Counted from the stretch's first letter, positions 30,930 through 38,123 are shown. The stretch: DNA of 64,000 nt from Geminicoccaceae bacterium (GCA_046349395.1 JAXMCK010000004.1:748173-812172), one strand, 5' to 3'. Made by a program: numbers and translations. Notes: generated by a model from the letters alone, not told the origin.

Positions 30930-31441
30930 TCGGGTGCTTCCATCGAGCGCCGGCCGGCCCGGCCTCACGGCCCGGCGCGGCGAACGCCTCGTCCGCTGCC
31001 GACACCCCTTGGTGCCCGGCAATCTTTTCGGACACCACCCTATCGGGCCGCTCGTCGGTGGGCCGCCGCCGCTTGCCTAGGTCGCGGAGGCCGGGCGGCA
31101 CCTGCCGCAGGGCCATCGCGAGGTCGAACAGGAACCGGTCGTGCTCAGTCATCGTGTCAGGATAGGCCAGGGAACAAAAAAGGCAGTATTTGTGAGCCAT
31201 ATTAGCTCTTCCGTATGTTTAATTCGGCCTTAGCCTCAGGATTTCGTACCGTAATCTGTGCGGATTTACGGTCGAGCTTGAGTTGCTACTGTTCAACCGC
31301 ACTTGTTGACGACGCCGATATTGCAAAGATTACGGCCAACGCTTCGCAAGCCCCCTACCCGAGGCTGAGTCCGCGTGTTAACTTCTGCCATCAGGCTCGA
31401 CATTCGCGCCAGGCCTGAACAAAGATGGGGAGTTGGGGAAC

Positions 31442-32074
31442 ATGGGTAAGTCAGTTGGTGGCAGCATGCCGCCATGGATGCGGTGGTCCCAGGTGGCGGT
31501 ACTGGCAGTGGGCGCCGCCCTGCTGCCGGCCATGCTGGGTGGCAGCATCGCTTATGCCGGCCCCACCTTCGAGACCGGTACGAACCCGCCGACGACTCTG
31601 CGGCAGCTCAATCCAGGGAATACCGATCTTACCGGCTGGAAGGTCATCGCCGTCACTGGACTGGCGAACACCTCGGTCGACTGGATCCGCAACACGATCT
31701 GGCAGGCGCACGAGGGCAACTTCAGCGTCGACCTCAACGGTTCCGACGCTGGTAAGATTTCCAAGACCTACACTGGATTGACCATCGGCAAGGTGTACTT
31801 GGTCACTTTCTGGATGTCGGGTAACCCGGACAATGGTACCACGGGCGTCAGGAAGCTGAAGCTTACCATCGCCAATCAGTCCGGCACCTTTTCGTTTCCG
31901 ATGGCCGGCGTTACCAGGGCGGCTATGAAGTACCAAAAGTTCGGGCTGCTCTTCACCGCGACTGGCACGACCCAGGTACTCTCCTTCCAGTCCCTCTCGC
32001 CAGGTGGTCCGTTCGGCCCCGTCGTCGACGACATCGACCTCGTCGCTTTCAGCCCCCCGGTGGCCGCGAAATAG
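31442..32074 (+). CDS. Secreted DUF642 / choice-of-anchor-C-like beta-sandwich protein
   Basis: Signal peptide (WSQVAVLAVGAALLPAMLGGSIAYA), then GWKV...VDWI...WQAHEGNFSVDLNG...G.ISKTY.GLTIGKVYLVTFWMSGNP, which matches the DUF642-type pattern by eye. It is preceded by a low-GC patch. Confidence 0.6.
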   Translation: MGKSVGGSMPPWMRWSQVAVLAVGAALLPAMLGGSIAYAGPTFETGTNPPTTLRQLNPGNTDLTGWKVIAVTGLANTSVDWIRNTIWQAHEGNFSVDLNGSDAGKISKTYTGLTIGKVYLVTFWMSGNPDNGTTGVRKLKLTIANQSGTFSFPMAGVTRAAMKYQKFGLLFTATGTTQVLSFQSLSPGGPFGPVVDDIDLVAFSPPVAAK

Positions 32075-32203
32075 CGCCTGGCCATGTCAGGCCAGTAGCG
32101 ACCTGCGCATTACGTCTCCACGTGGCCGCCCGCGGTTGCCGACGCCGCGGGCGGGTATGAATGTCTGGTCAGTTGCGACAGCCACCGGGCGAGGTCGAGG
32201 CGC

Positions 32204-32560
32204 TTAGGGGTCTAACGCCGACGTCGCGCTCCCGCCCTGTGGGCCCGACCGGTCGCCGAGCGCCGCGCCCAGATCCGCACGTAAGATTGCAAGATCGGCG
32301 ACGCTCCGGAACGTCTCGAGCAGGTCGCACAGATCGCTCAGAGGCCGAAGCCGATCGGTCATGTTGAAAAAGCCCGGCTCGCTACGTATCGACTTTCGGC
32401 TCGGCTCCAAATCGACGAGCAGATCAGGATCACTACCTGGGTCCGCTCACCACGCGCAACCGATCCGAACACGCGCTCGTTCCGTGCGCCGTGGCGAGCC
32501 GCCAAGTCTAGCAGGCAGCTTCGTCACGCCCGATGCCTCGATGAAGGTCAAAATCGACTT
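32204..32560 (-). pseudogene. Decayed MNT nucleotidyltransferase copy (with possible HepT-like N-terminal remnant)
   Basis: 32395-32550 aligns with the intact MNT gene at 30350-30500. The reverse translation LLDLAARHGARNERVFGSVARGE is interrupted by a 1-nt deletion near 32446, then SDPDLLVDLEPS continues in another frame. Confidence 0.5.
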
Positions 32561-32597
32561 ATCTCCGCACTCCTGACGCATACAGCGTCGGCCTTTT

Positions 32598-33326
32598 CTA
32601 TGCGGCCAACACTGTTGTCACCGGCGGTGCCTCGGCGCGGAAGAGGCTCACCTCTGTCGTCATCTTGTGAAGCTTCCGAACGCCGAGAAAAGAAAAGCGC
32701 GCGCCATCTTGGGGGCGAGTTCGCTCGACAACGTCCCCTGTCACGATCACCTCTCCGGGCTCGGCGAGTGCCTGCAGCCGTGCGGCCACGTTGAGCGGCG
32801 TGCCGTAGATCTCGGAACCTATGCCGATCACGCTGCCATAGCTGATCCCTATTCTGACCAGCAGCCTGCCCACAGGCGAGCCGGGAAGATCAAGTACCTG
32901 CTGGATATTCAGAGCACTGGCGACAGCGTCGCCCGGTGTCGAAAAGATCGACATGCTGCCGTCGCCGGCTACGCTGAAGACTTCGCCGTCGTGCCCACGG
33001 ATGAGCGGCGTCAGAATTGCCGCGCGCAAGGTACGAAGACGGAGGGCGGTACCCAGATCGTCATGCTCCACGAGCGCGCTGAAGCCGACGACGTCGACGG
33101 CCATGACGGCGCGGTCTTCTCTGTAGAACCTGCTGCAGGGCTCGTCGCGATGGTCCGATCCGCTCGAGCCTTCGAGGCGCACCTTGTGGGACGACGCGAA
33201 CACCGAACGACTGGAGGTGGGTGCCGCGTTCGAATGCGAACGGGCATAACGGGAACTGTATGTCACGGCCGTTACCGACGCAGACCGCCCTTGCGGTCGT
33301 TTCGCCAGCGCTTCCGGCATTCTCAT
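32598..33326 (-). CDS. Short class III adenylate/guanylate cyclase domain protein
   Basis: Cyclase homology domain: VDVVGFSAL, AGDGSMSIF, YGTPLNVAARLQ. A ~70-aa Ser-rich N-terminus has no recognisable sensor. The start is uncertain. Confidence 0.75.
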   Translation of the reverse strand: MRMPEALAKRPQGRSASVTAVTYSSRYARSHSNAAPTSSRSVFASSHKVRLEGSSGSDHRDEPCSRFYREDRAVMAVDVVGFSALVEHDDLGTALRLRTLRAAILTPLIRGHDGEVFSVAGDGSMSIFSTPGDAVASALNIQQVLDLPGSPVGRLLVRIGISYGSVIGIGSEIYGTPLNVAARLQALAEPGEVIVTGDVVERTRPQDGARFSFLGVRKLHKMTTEVSLFRAEAPPVTTVLAA

Positions 33327-33593
33327 GACGGACGCGCGGATGCACTCCCGAGCCCTGGGCCGGGGAGCAGAGCGTCGAGCGGCTTGGACTAGCTACCGGA
33401 TCCCGCCGCCGCGCTGGGACTCCGGACGGGTGCGAGGAGTAGCTCGCGCCAGACGTCGGACTCGGTCATCGGAAAACGTACTACTCGATGAGCAACCGCC
33501 GAATGCTCCGGCGGACGCGAAATGTCAATCCCGAGTAGAGAATGGCGGCGAATGATCTTTTTCCACGACGTAGACATGCGGCACAGCGAAGAT

Positions 33594-34130
33594 CTACCGT
33601 CCGGGCGCGGCAATCTTCCCGGCCACCTCGGCCAGCGTCGCGGCGTCCGACCATTGGTCACGCAACGGTGGCTCGTTCAGCTTCTCGTCGAGCTTCCGAT
33701 CCGCCTCGAAGCCGTTTGCACGGCGGAGATAGACCGCACCCGCCTTGAAGGGCTCGGCCCCGCCGGGGCCGATGCCCGTCGCCATCTCGACGACGGCGAC
33801 GAGGTCCTGCTGGCCGTCGCCGTCGATGTCCGCGAGCCTGAGCCCGTCCGTGCCGACATAGGCCCAGCTGTCCGACCCGGGCAGCGGCGGGAAGCGGTAG
33901 ATCGGCTGGCCATCCGTGCCCTGGAGAACGATCTCCGCCGTGGGCGGGCTCGCGTCCGGCTGCTCGATCACGGCGATCCGGACCTCGCCGAAGCCGGGCA
34001 GCATCGCATCCAGCCCGTTCGTGCCGTCGTCGCCGCCGGCCCGGAGCGAGGAGGGAAGCAGAACCGCCAGGACGGCGCCGACAGCCGCCGCACGACCGAG
34101 ACGGCAGGCTCTCTCAGCTCGGGAAGGCAT
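33594..34130 (-). CDS. Secreted hypothetical protein with one FG-GAP/VCBS-like Ca-binding motif
   Basis: Signal peptide (AAAVGAVLAVLLPSSLRA) and a DIDGDGQQDLV motif. The start overlaps the muramidase stop by 17 nt. Confidence 0.55.
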   Translation of the reverse strand: MPSRAERACRLGRAAAVGAVLAVLLPSSLRAGGDDGTNGLDAMLPGFGEVRIAVIEQPDASPPTAEIVLQGTDGQPIYRFPPLPGSDSWAYVGTDGLRLADIDGDGQQDLVAVVEMATGIGPGGAEPFKAGAVYLRRANGFEADRKLDEKLNEPPLRDQWSDAATLAEVAGKIAAPGR

Positions 34131-34896
34131 CGGCCATGAGCTTCGTCTCCGTCGCTTCGTCCAGCTCGCCGGTGGCCGGCAGCTTCGCCTTGGTCTGGTA
34201 CTCGATCAGGGCACCGCGCGTAAGGCGGCCGCGCAGGCCGTCGACGGCACCGGGCTTGTAGCCGAGATAGGTGAGCGCCACCTGGACGGCCCGCAGGCCC
34301 AGGTCGGGCAGCATGCGCTTTGACTTCTCGAACGCGGCGGCCAGCCGGTTGTCGTAGTCGTTCTTGCGGAAGTCCGGGCCGTTGTAGGCGGCGGCAAAGG
34401 TACCCCAGTCGCGCCGCTGGATGCCGATACGGCATTTCGGCGTGGCCATGATGAAGCGGCTCAGCGCATCGAGCTGCCGGTCCTCGCTCTCGACGAAGGC
34501 CGTCACCATCTCGTTGACACTCTCGAACCCGACGACGCGGAAATTGAAGCCCATCACCTGCGGCAGGCCCCAGGAGGCGCTGCGCAGCGCCGCGTCCTCG
34601 TCGAGCTTCATCGCCTTCTCGAGCCGCGGATACTCGTCGGCCCCGCCTGCATAGCCGCCGGGCTTGCGGTTCGAGATGTCGGGGTTCTTCGCATCGAACT
34701 TCCCGTCGGTCCGACGGCTGAAGATGTGCCGCTCAAACAGGATCTGCGGCCGCCGGTCGGGCAGGAAGCCAAAGCCTCGGGTCTCGACCGTGAGCACGGC
34801 CCAGATCTCGGGCTCGCCGACGCCCAAGGTCTCGCAGACGGCACTCATGCCCTTCGAGGAGATCGGCAGACCCTTGCCGACGAAATTCTGCGCCAT
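34114..34896 (-). CDS. Endolysin-like N-acetylmuramidase (DUF3380-type) with C-terminal peptidoglycan-binding domain
   Basis: EPEIWAVLTVETRGFGFL...ILFERHIFSRRT...SWGLPQVMGFN...AAAYNGPDF is followed by a PG_binding_1-like VQVALTYLGYKPGAVDGLRGRLTRGALIEYQ. The ATG at 34896 was chosen. There is no signal peptide. Confidence 0.8.
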   Translation of the reverse strand: MAQNFVGKGLPISSKGMSAVCETLGVGEPEIWAVLTVETRGFGFLPDRRPQILFERHIFSRRTDGKFDAKNPDISNRKPGGYAGGADEYPRLEKAMKLDEDAALRSASWGLPQVMGFNFRVVGFESVNEMVTAFVESEDRQLDALSRFIMATPKCRIGIQRRDWGTFAAAYNGPDFRKNDYDNRLAAAFEKSKRMLPDLGLRAVQVALTYLGYKPGAVDGLRGRLTRGALIEYQTKAKLPATGELDEATETKLMADAFPS

Positions 34897-35059
34897 CGTC
34901 CCACTCCCCACGATGCGTCCGGCCAAACCGTAGTCCGACCCGGCGGGGAAGGCTGTGATCGAACGCACAACCGCTGGTGTGGAGAGCGCGGGCGACTCTT
35001 GGCCTTGTTGCCGGCGCCTGCACCGGTATGTGCCGCCCATGGTGCGTGCAGCGGCAGCC

Positions 35060-35075
35060 TGTGAGCTTCGTCACG
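35060..35075 (+). promoter_or_regulatory. CRP/FNR-family-type box TGTGAGCTTCGTCACG upstream of cassette 1
   Basis: 9/10 match to TGTGA-N6-TCACA, centred 70.5 bp upstream of the A1 ATG. It lies in the divergent region shared with the muramidase gene. Confidence 0.4.
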
Positions 35076-35137
35076 GATCGACGCACGGCACCGCCCTAGT
35101 CTCTGCTATATCGGACGGGACAACAGGGAGAACCGAC

Positions 35138-35512
35138 ATGCGCCGGCTGGTATTGGGAGCGCTTCTTCTCGCCGCGGCACCCGGAGCCCGGGCGGAGATC
35201 TTCGCCTCGCCGCCGACGTTCCAGGCGGGGCAGACCTCGATCGACTGCGCCATCACCAATGGCGGCGCCTCCGCGGTGACCCTCAGCGGCGCCAAGGTGA
35301 CGGCGGAGGTCGGGCCGACCTTCGACCTGCCGCTTGCCGGCAATACCTGCCCGTCCAAGCTGCAGCCGGGCAGCTACTGCCACTGGCAGGCGCTGCTCAG
35401 GACCGGCGGCGCCCATGTCTGCCGCATCACCGTGTCCAGCAGGACGAACCTTCGCGGGCGAATGGAGATCGGGGCCGGGAACGACACGCTCGTCATGGAG
35501 GAGATGCGATGA
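35138..35512 (+). CDS. Small secreted four-Cys protein, type A, copy 1 (124 aa)
   Basis: GGGAGA RBS 7 nt upstream. Signal peptide MRRLVLGALLLAAAPGARA|E. Four conserved Cys. Ends ...MEEMR. Confidence 0.75.
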   Translation: MRRLVLGALLLAAAPGARAEIFASPPTFQAGQTSIDCAITNGGASAVTLSGAKVTAEVGPTFDLPLAGNTCPSKLQPGSYCHWQALLRTGGAHVCRITVSSRTNLRGRMEIGAGNDTLVMEEMR

Positions 35513-35946
35513 CGCGCCCGCTCGGTGTCTCGGCCAGCCGGCTCGGCCTCGCCGTCGCTCTCGCCGTTCTAACGGCGGTCGCGTCGCCGGTGCGGGCAGA
35601 GGTGCTGATCTCGCCTTTGACCGAAGGCGGGATCGGCCCCGCGGTTTCCGACCAGGTCGTCTGCTACCTGGCCAATGTCGGCTCATCGTCGATCACGGTG
35701 TCGAACCCGAAGATCCTGAACCAGAACGCCCGCGCGGTGCCGCTGTCGATCAACACCTGCGGCCGCTCGCTCGCCGGCGGCCGCATCTGTGTGTGGGCCG
35801 TGAACCAGTCGGGAGCCGACCTCGGCGACTGGCATCTCTGCCGGGTCGACCTCTCCAGCAAGACCAACGCGCGCGGCAGCATGGACCTGCGCAAACGCAA
35901 CGGCAGCGGCGCTCCGAAGCGGATCTTCAGCCTCGAGATGCGCTGA
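35509..35946 (+). CDS. Small secreted four-Cys protein, type B, copy 1 (145 aa)
   Basis: ATGA overlap with the A1 stop. Signal peptide ...LAVLTAVASPVRA|E. Four conserved Cys. Ends ...SLEMR. Confidence 0.75.
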   Translation: MTRPLGVSASRLGLAVALAVLTAVASPVRAEVLISPLTEGGIGPAVSDQVVCYLANVGSSSITVSNPKILNQNARAVPLSINTCGRSLAGGRICVWAVNQSGADLGDWHLCRVDLSSKTNARGSMDLRKRNGSGAPKRIFSLEMR

Positions 35947-36147
35947 CCTATCGACTGTTCGCCCTCGCGCATCCATCAGCTGGCCGTGCCCGGCGGTGAC
36001 GGTGTCGAGCTTTCGGGGACCGACGCTGCCGGTCGCCCCCACGGTGCGGCTACTGACCCGCAGGAGGCGATCACGTGCAGCTGAAGAGCCGTCCGGGCGC
36101 CTTGCGAGAGGCGTTCGTGGGGCCTACGGCAGATGGAGGGGGTGCTA

Positions 36148-36163
36148 TGTGAGCTTCGTCACG
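36148..36163 (+). promoter_or_regulatory. CRP/FNR-family-type box TGTGAGCTTCGTCACG upstream of cassette 2
   Basis: Identical 16-mer to the box at 35060-35075, centred 73.5 bp upstream of the A2 ATG. Confidence 0.4.
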
Positions 36164-36228
36164 GACGCTCCTCGTGATGCCGCTAGATCTCGTTCCAGCG
36201 ACCATTGGCGCAGAGGGGGAGAGTCGAC

Positions 36229-36603
36229 ATGCGGTGGCCGGCACTCGGGACACTTCTTCTCCTGGCGGCACCGGCGTCGGGTGCCGACATCCTGGCCTCG
36301 CGACCGACCTTCCGGACCGGACAGAAGCAGGTCTTCTGCAGCCTCTCCAATGTCGGCTCGACCGCCGTGACGATCAGCAATCCCAAGGTGACGGCGGAGA
36401 TCGGGCCGGCCTTCGACCTGCCCTTCGCCGTCAACAACTGCGCGTCCACACTGCGTCCCGGGAAGAACTGCAGCTGGCTCGCCTACATCAGGACCGGCGG
36501 CGCGCATTTCTGCCGCGTCACCGTCTCCAGCAAGAGTGGCGTCCGCGGCCAGATGGAGATCGCGACCTTCGAGGCTGCGCTCGCCATGGAGGAGATGCGG
36601 TGA
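36229..36603 (+). CDS. Small secreted four-Cys protein, type A, copy 2 (124 aa)
   Basis: The internal ATG is preceded by a GGGGGAGAG RBS. Signal peptide MRWPALGTLLLLAAPASGA|D. Ends ...MEEMR. Confidence 0.75.
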   Translation: MRWPALGTLLLLAAPASGADILASRPTFRTGQKQVFCSLSNVGSTAVTISNPKVTAEIGPAFDLPFAVNNCASTLRPGKNCSWLAYIRTGGAHFCRVTVSSKSGVRGQMEIATFEAALAMEEMR

Positions 36604-37028
36604 TGATGTTCCTCCCTAAATGGTCCGACGCGTCGCTGGCCGTCGGCGCCGGACTGACCGCTCTGCTCGCCATCTCGGCACCCGTTCGGGCCGAAGTGAT
36701 GGCCTCGGCACTCGCCGGCTATTCGGGCGTCAACCAGATCGTCTGCTATCTCGCCAATGCCGGCTCGTCGGCGATCACGGTTTCCGGCCCCAAGATCATG
36801 GACGCTAGTGGCACCGTGAGCACCAACACGGTCAACAGCTGCGGCAGCTCTCTGCCAGGCGGCCGCGTCTGCGTCTGGGCGGTCGATCTGCCCGCCAACA
36901 CACCGTTCGCCCGCTATCAGTGCAGGGTCGACCTGTCGAGCAAGGCGAACGCGCGCGGCAGCCTCGATCTCCGCGTCCGTGGCCTCGCTGCGGGTCCCTC
37001 GGTGGTCTTCAGCATCGACATGCGCTGA
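36603..37028 (+). CDS. Small secreted four-Cys protein, type B, copy 2 (141 aa)
   Basis: TGATG overlap with the A2 stop. Signal peptide ...LTALLAISAPVRA|E. Ends ...SIDMR. Confidence 0.75.
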   Translation: MMFLPKWSDASLAVGAGLTALLAISAPVRAEVMASALAGYSGVNQIVCYLANAGSSAITVSGPKIMDASGTVSTNTVNSCGSSLPGGRVCVWAVDLPANTPFARYQCRVDLSSKANARGSLDLRVRGLAAGPSVVFSIDMR

Positions 37029-37326
37029 CCTTCCGGCTGTCGGAGCTGGGTCGTCCGCCTCCTGGCTGCGACCATGGTCGAGGATCGGGAGCATACCCCG
37101 CTCCTAGAAATCTCGGCGATGCGCTCGAGCCGACGCGCAGCGCAGGCCACCACCCGCAAGGGCCGATCGCCTTCGCCTGAACATTCGTGCCGGTGCCTTG
37201 CGACGCGGGTCCGTAGGGCCTAGGGCAGATGGTGGCGGTGTCACGTGAGCTTCTCTCTACGGACGCTCCCCGTGGCCCCATTGGGCTCGCAGTTCAGCGA
37301 TCCTGATCGAGCGGGAGACAGCCGAC

Positions 37327-37701
37327 ATGCGGTGGGTAGCGTTCGGAACGCTTCTTCTTTTGGCAGCGCCGGCAGCGGGTGCCGACATCCTGTCCTCGCG
37401 GCCGACCTTCCGGGCGGGGCAGACCACGGTGACCTGCACCATCGTCAATGTCGGCTCCACCTTGGTGACCGTCAGCAATCCCAAGGTGGCGGCCGAGGTC
37501 GGTCCCACCTTCGACCTCCAGCTCGCGCCCAACGAGTGCCGATCCACGTTGGGCCCGACCCAGAACTGCACCTGGAACGCTGCGACGCGAACCGGCGGCG
37601 CCCATCTCTGCCGTGTCACCGTCTCCAACAAGGCCGGCCTGCGCGGCCAGATGGGGATCAGGGGCTCGGGTCTCCTCCTCGGCGCGACGGAGATGCGGTG
37701 A
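37327..37701 (+). CDS. Small secreted four-Cys protein, type A, copy 3 (124 aa)
   Basis: GGGAGA RBS. Signal peptide MRWVAFGTLLLLAAPAAGA|D. Ends ...ATEMR. Confidence 0.75.
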   Translation: MRWVAFGTLLLLAAPAAGADILSSRPTFRAGQTTVTCTIVNVGSTLVTVSNPKVAAEVGPTFDLQLAPNECRSTLGPTQNCTWNAATRTGGAHLCRVTVSNKAGLRGQMGIRGSGLLLGATEMR

Positions 37702-38117
37702 TGGCCCGGTCCTGCGCTCCATGGGGTACGCTCGCCTGGGCCGCCCTCACCGCTCTGCTGGTTCCCGGTGCCCCGGCCCGGGCCGAGGTGATGGCCTCTC
37801 CGCTGGCGAGTTCGTCCCGGGACGTCAACCAGGTGGTCTGCTATCTGGGCAACACGGGCCCATCGACGATCACGGTGACCAACCCGAAGATCCTCAACGA
37901 TACCGGTTTCGTGCTGAGCCTCTCCGTCAACAGTTGCGGCAGTTCGCTCGGGGCCGGCCGGATCTGCGTGTGGGCGACCGACCTCACCCAGTCCCCTACC
38001 CGTTATGTCTGCCGGGTCGACCTCTCCAGCAAGGCGAATGCGCGCGGCAGCATCGACCTCAGAGTCCGCACGCCGCGCGGCGATCCGACGGTGATTTCGA
38101 GCGTGGAGATGCGCTGA
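37701..38117 (+). CDS. Small secreted four-Cys protein, type B, copy 3 (138 aa)
   Basis: TGATG overlap with the A3 stop. Signal peptide ...LTALLVPGAPARA|E. Ends ...SVEMR. Confidence 0.75.
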   Translation: MARSCAPWGTLAWAALTALLVPGAPARAEVMASPLASSSRDVNQVVCYLGNTGPSTITVTNPKILNDTGFVLSLSVNSCGSSLGAGRICVWATDLTQSPTRYVCRVDLSSKANARGSIDLRVRTPRGDPTVISSVEMR

Positions 38118-38123
38118 TCCTGC

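Larger units (their letters stand above)
35040..38120 (+). repeat. Tandem triplication of a ~1.09-kb unit (leader + gene A + gene B)
   Basis: A-gene starts lie at 35138, 36229 and 37327, spaced 1091 and 1098 bp apart. Leaders, both genes and part of the inter-unit spacers (…CCTTGCGA..G.G..CGT.GGGCCTA.GGCAGATGG…) are homologous between units. Confidence 0.85.

Noticed and set aside
30796-31200. 134-aa minus-strand ORF (MAHKYCLFCS... / MTEHDRFLFDLAMALRQ...)
   Set aside because: Its distal half is antisense to the decayed higA copy and is Arg/Gly-rich. The first ~50 codons might be a real small gene, but I recognise no family or clear RBS.
33594-34896. Prophage interpretation of the muramidase region
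   Set aside because: No holin, spanin, structural, replication or integrase genes lie within 10 kb on either side, so it is reported as an orphan endolysin-like gene rather than a prophage.
35060-35075. Reading the conserved GUGAGCUUCGUCAC as an RNA hairpin or riboswitch element
   Set aside because: The stem would be only 4 bp with a 6-nt loop, and no larger conserved secondary structure is evident by eye across the three leaders. A protein-binding DNA palindrome fits better, but the RNA alternative is noted in the finding.
34955-38117. Long in-frame N-terminal extensions of the cassette genes (ORFs 34955..35512, 36174..37028, 36205..36603, 37245..38117)
   Set aside because: The extensions cover leader DNA or the preceding A gene in another frame. 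RBS-like GGGAGA / GGGGAGAG elements and signal peptides sit at the internal ATGs. The B genes start at the A stop codons in all three units.
35040-38120. Possibility that the periodic repeat is a CRISPR array or a non-coding satellite
   Set aside because: The period is about 1.09 kb and each unit is filled by two ORFs with conserved protein-level features. There are no short direct repeats separated by spacers.
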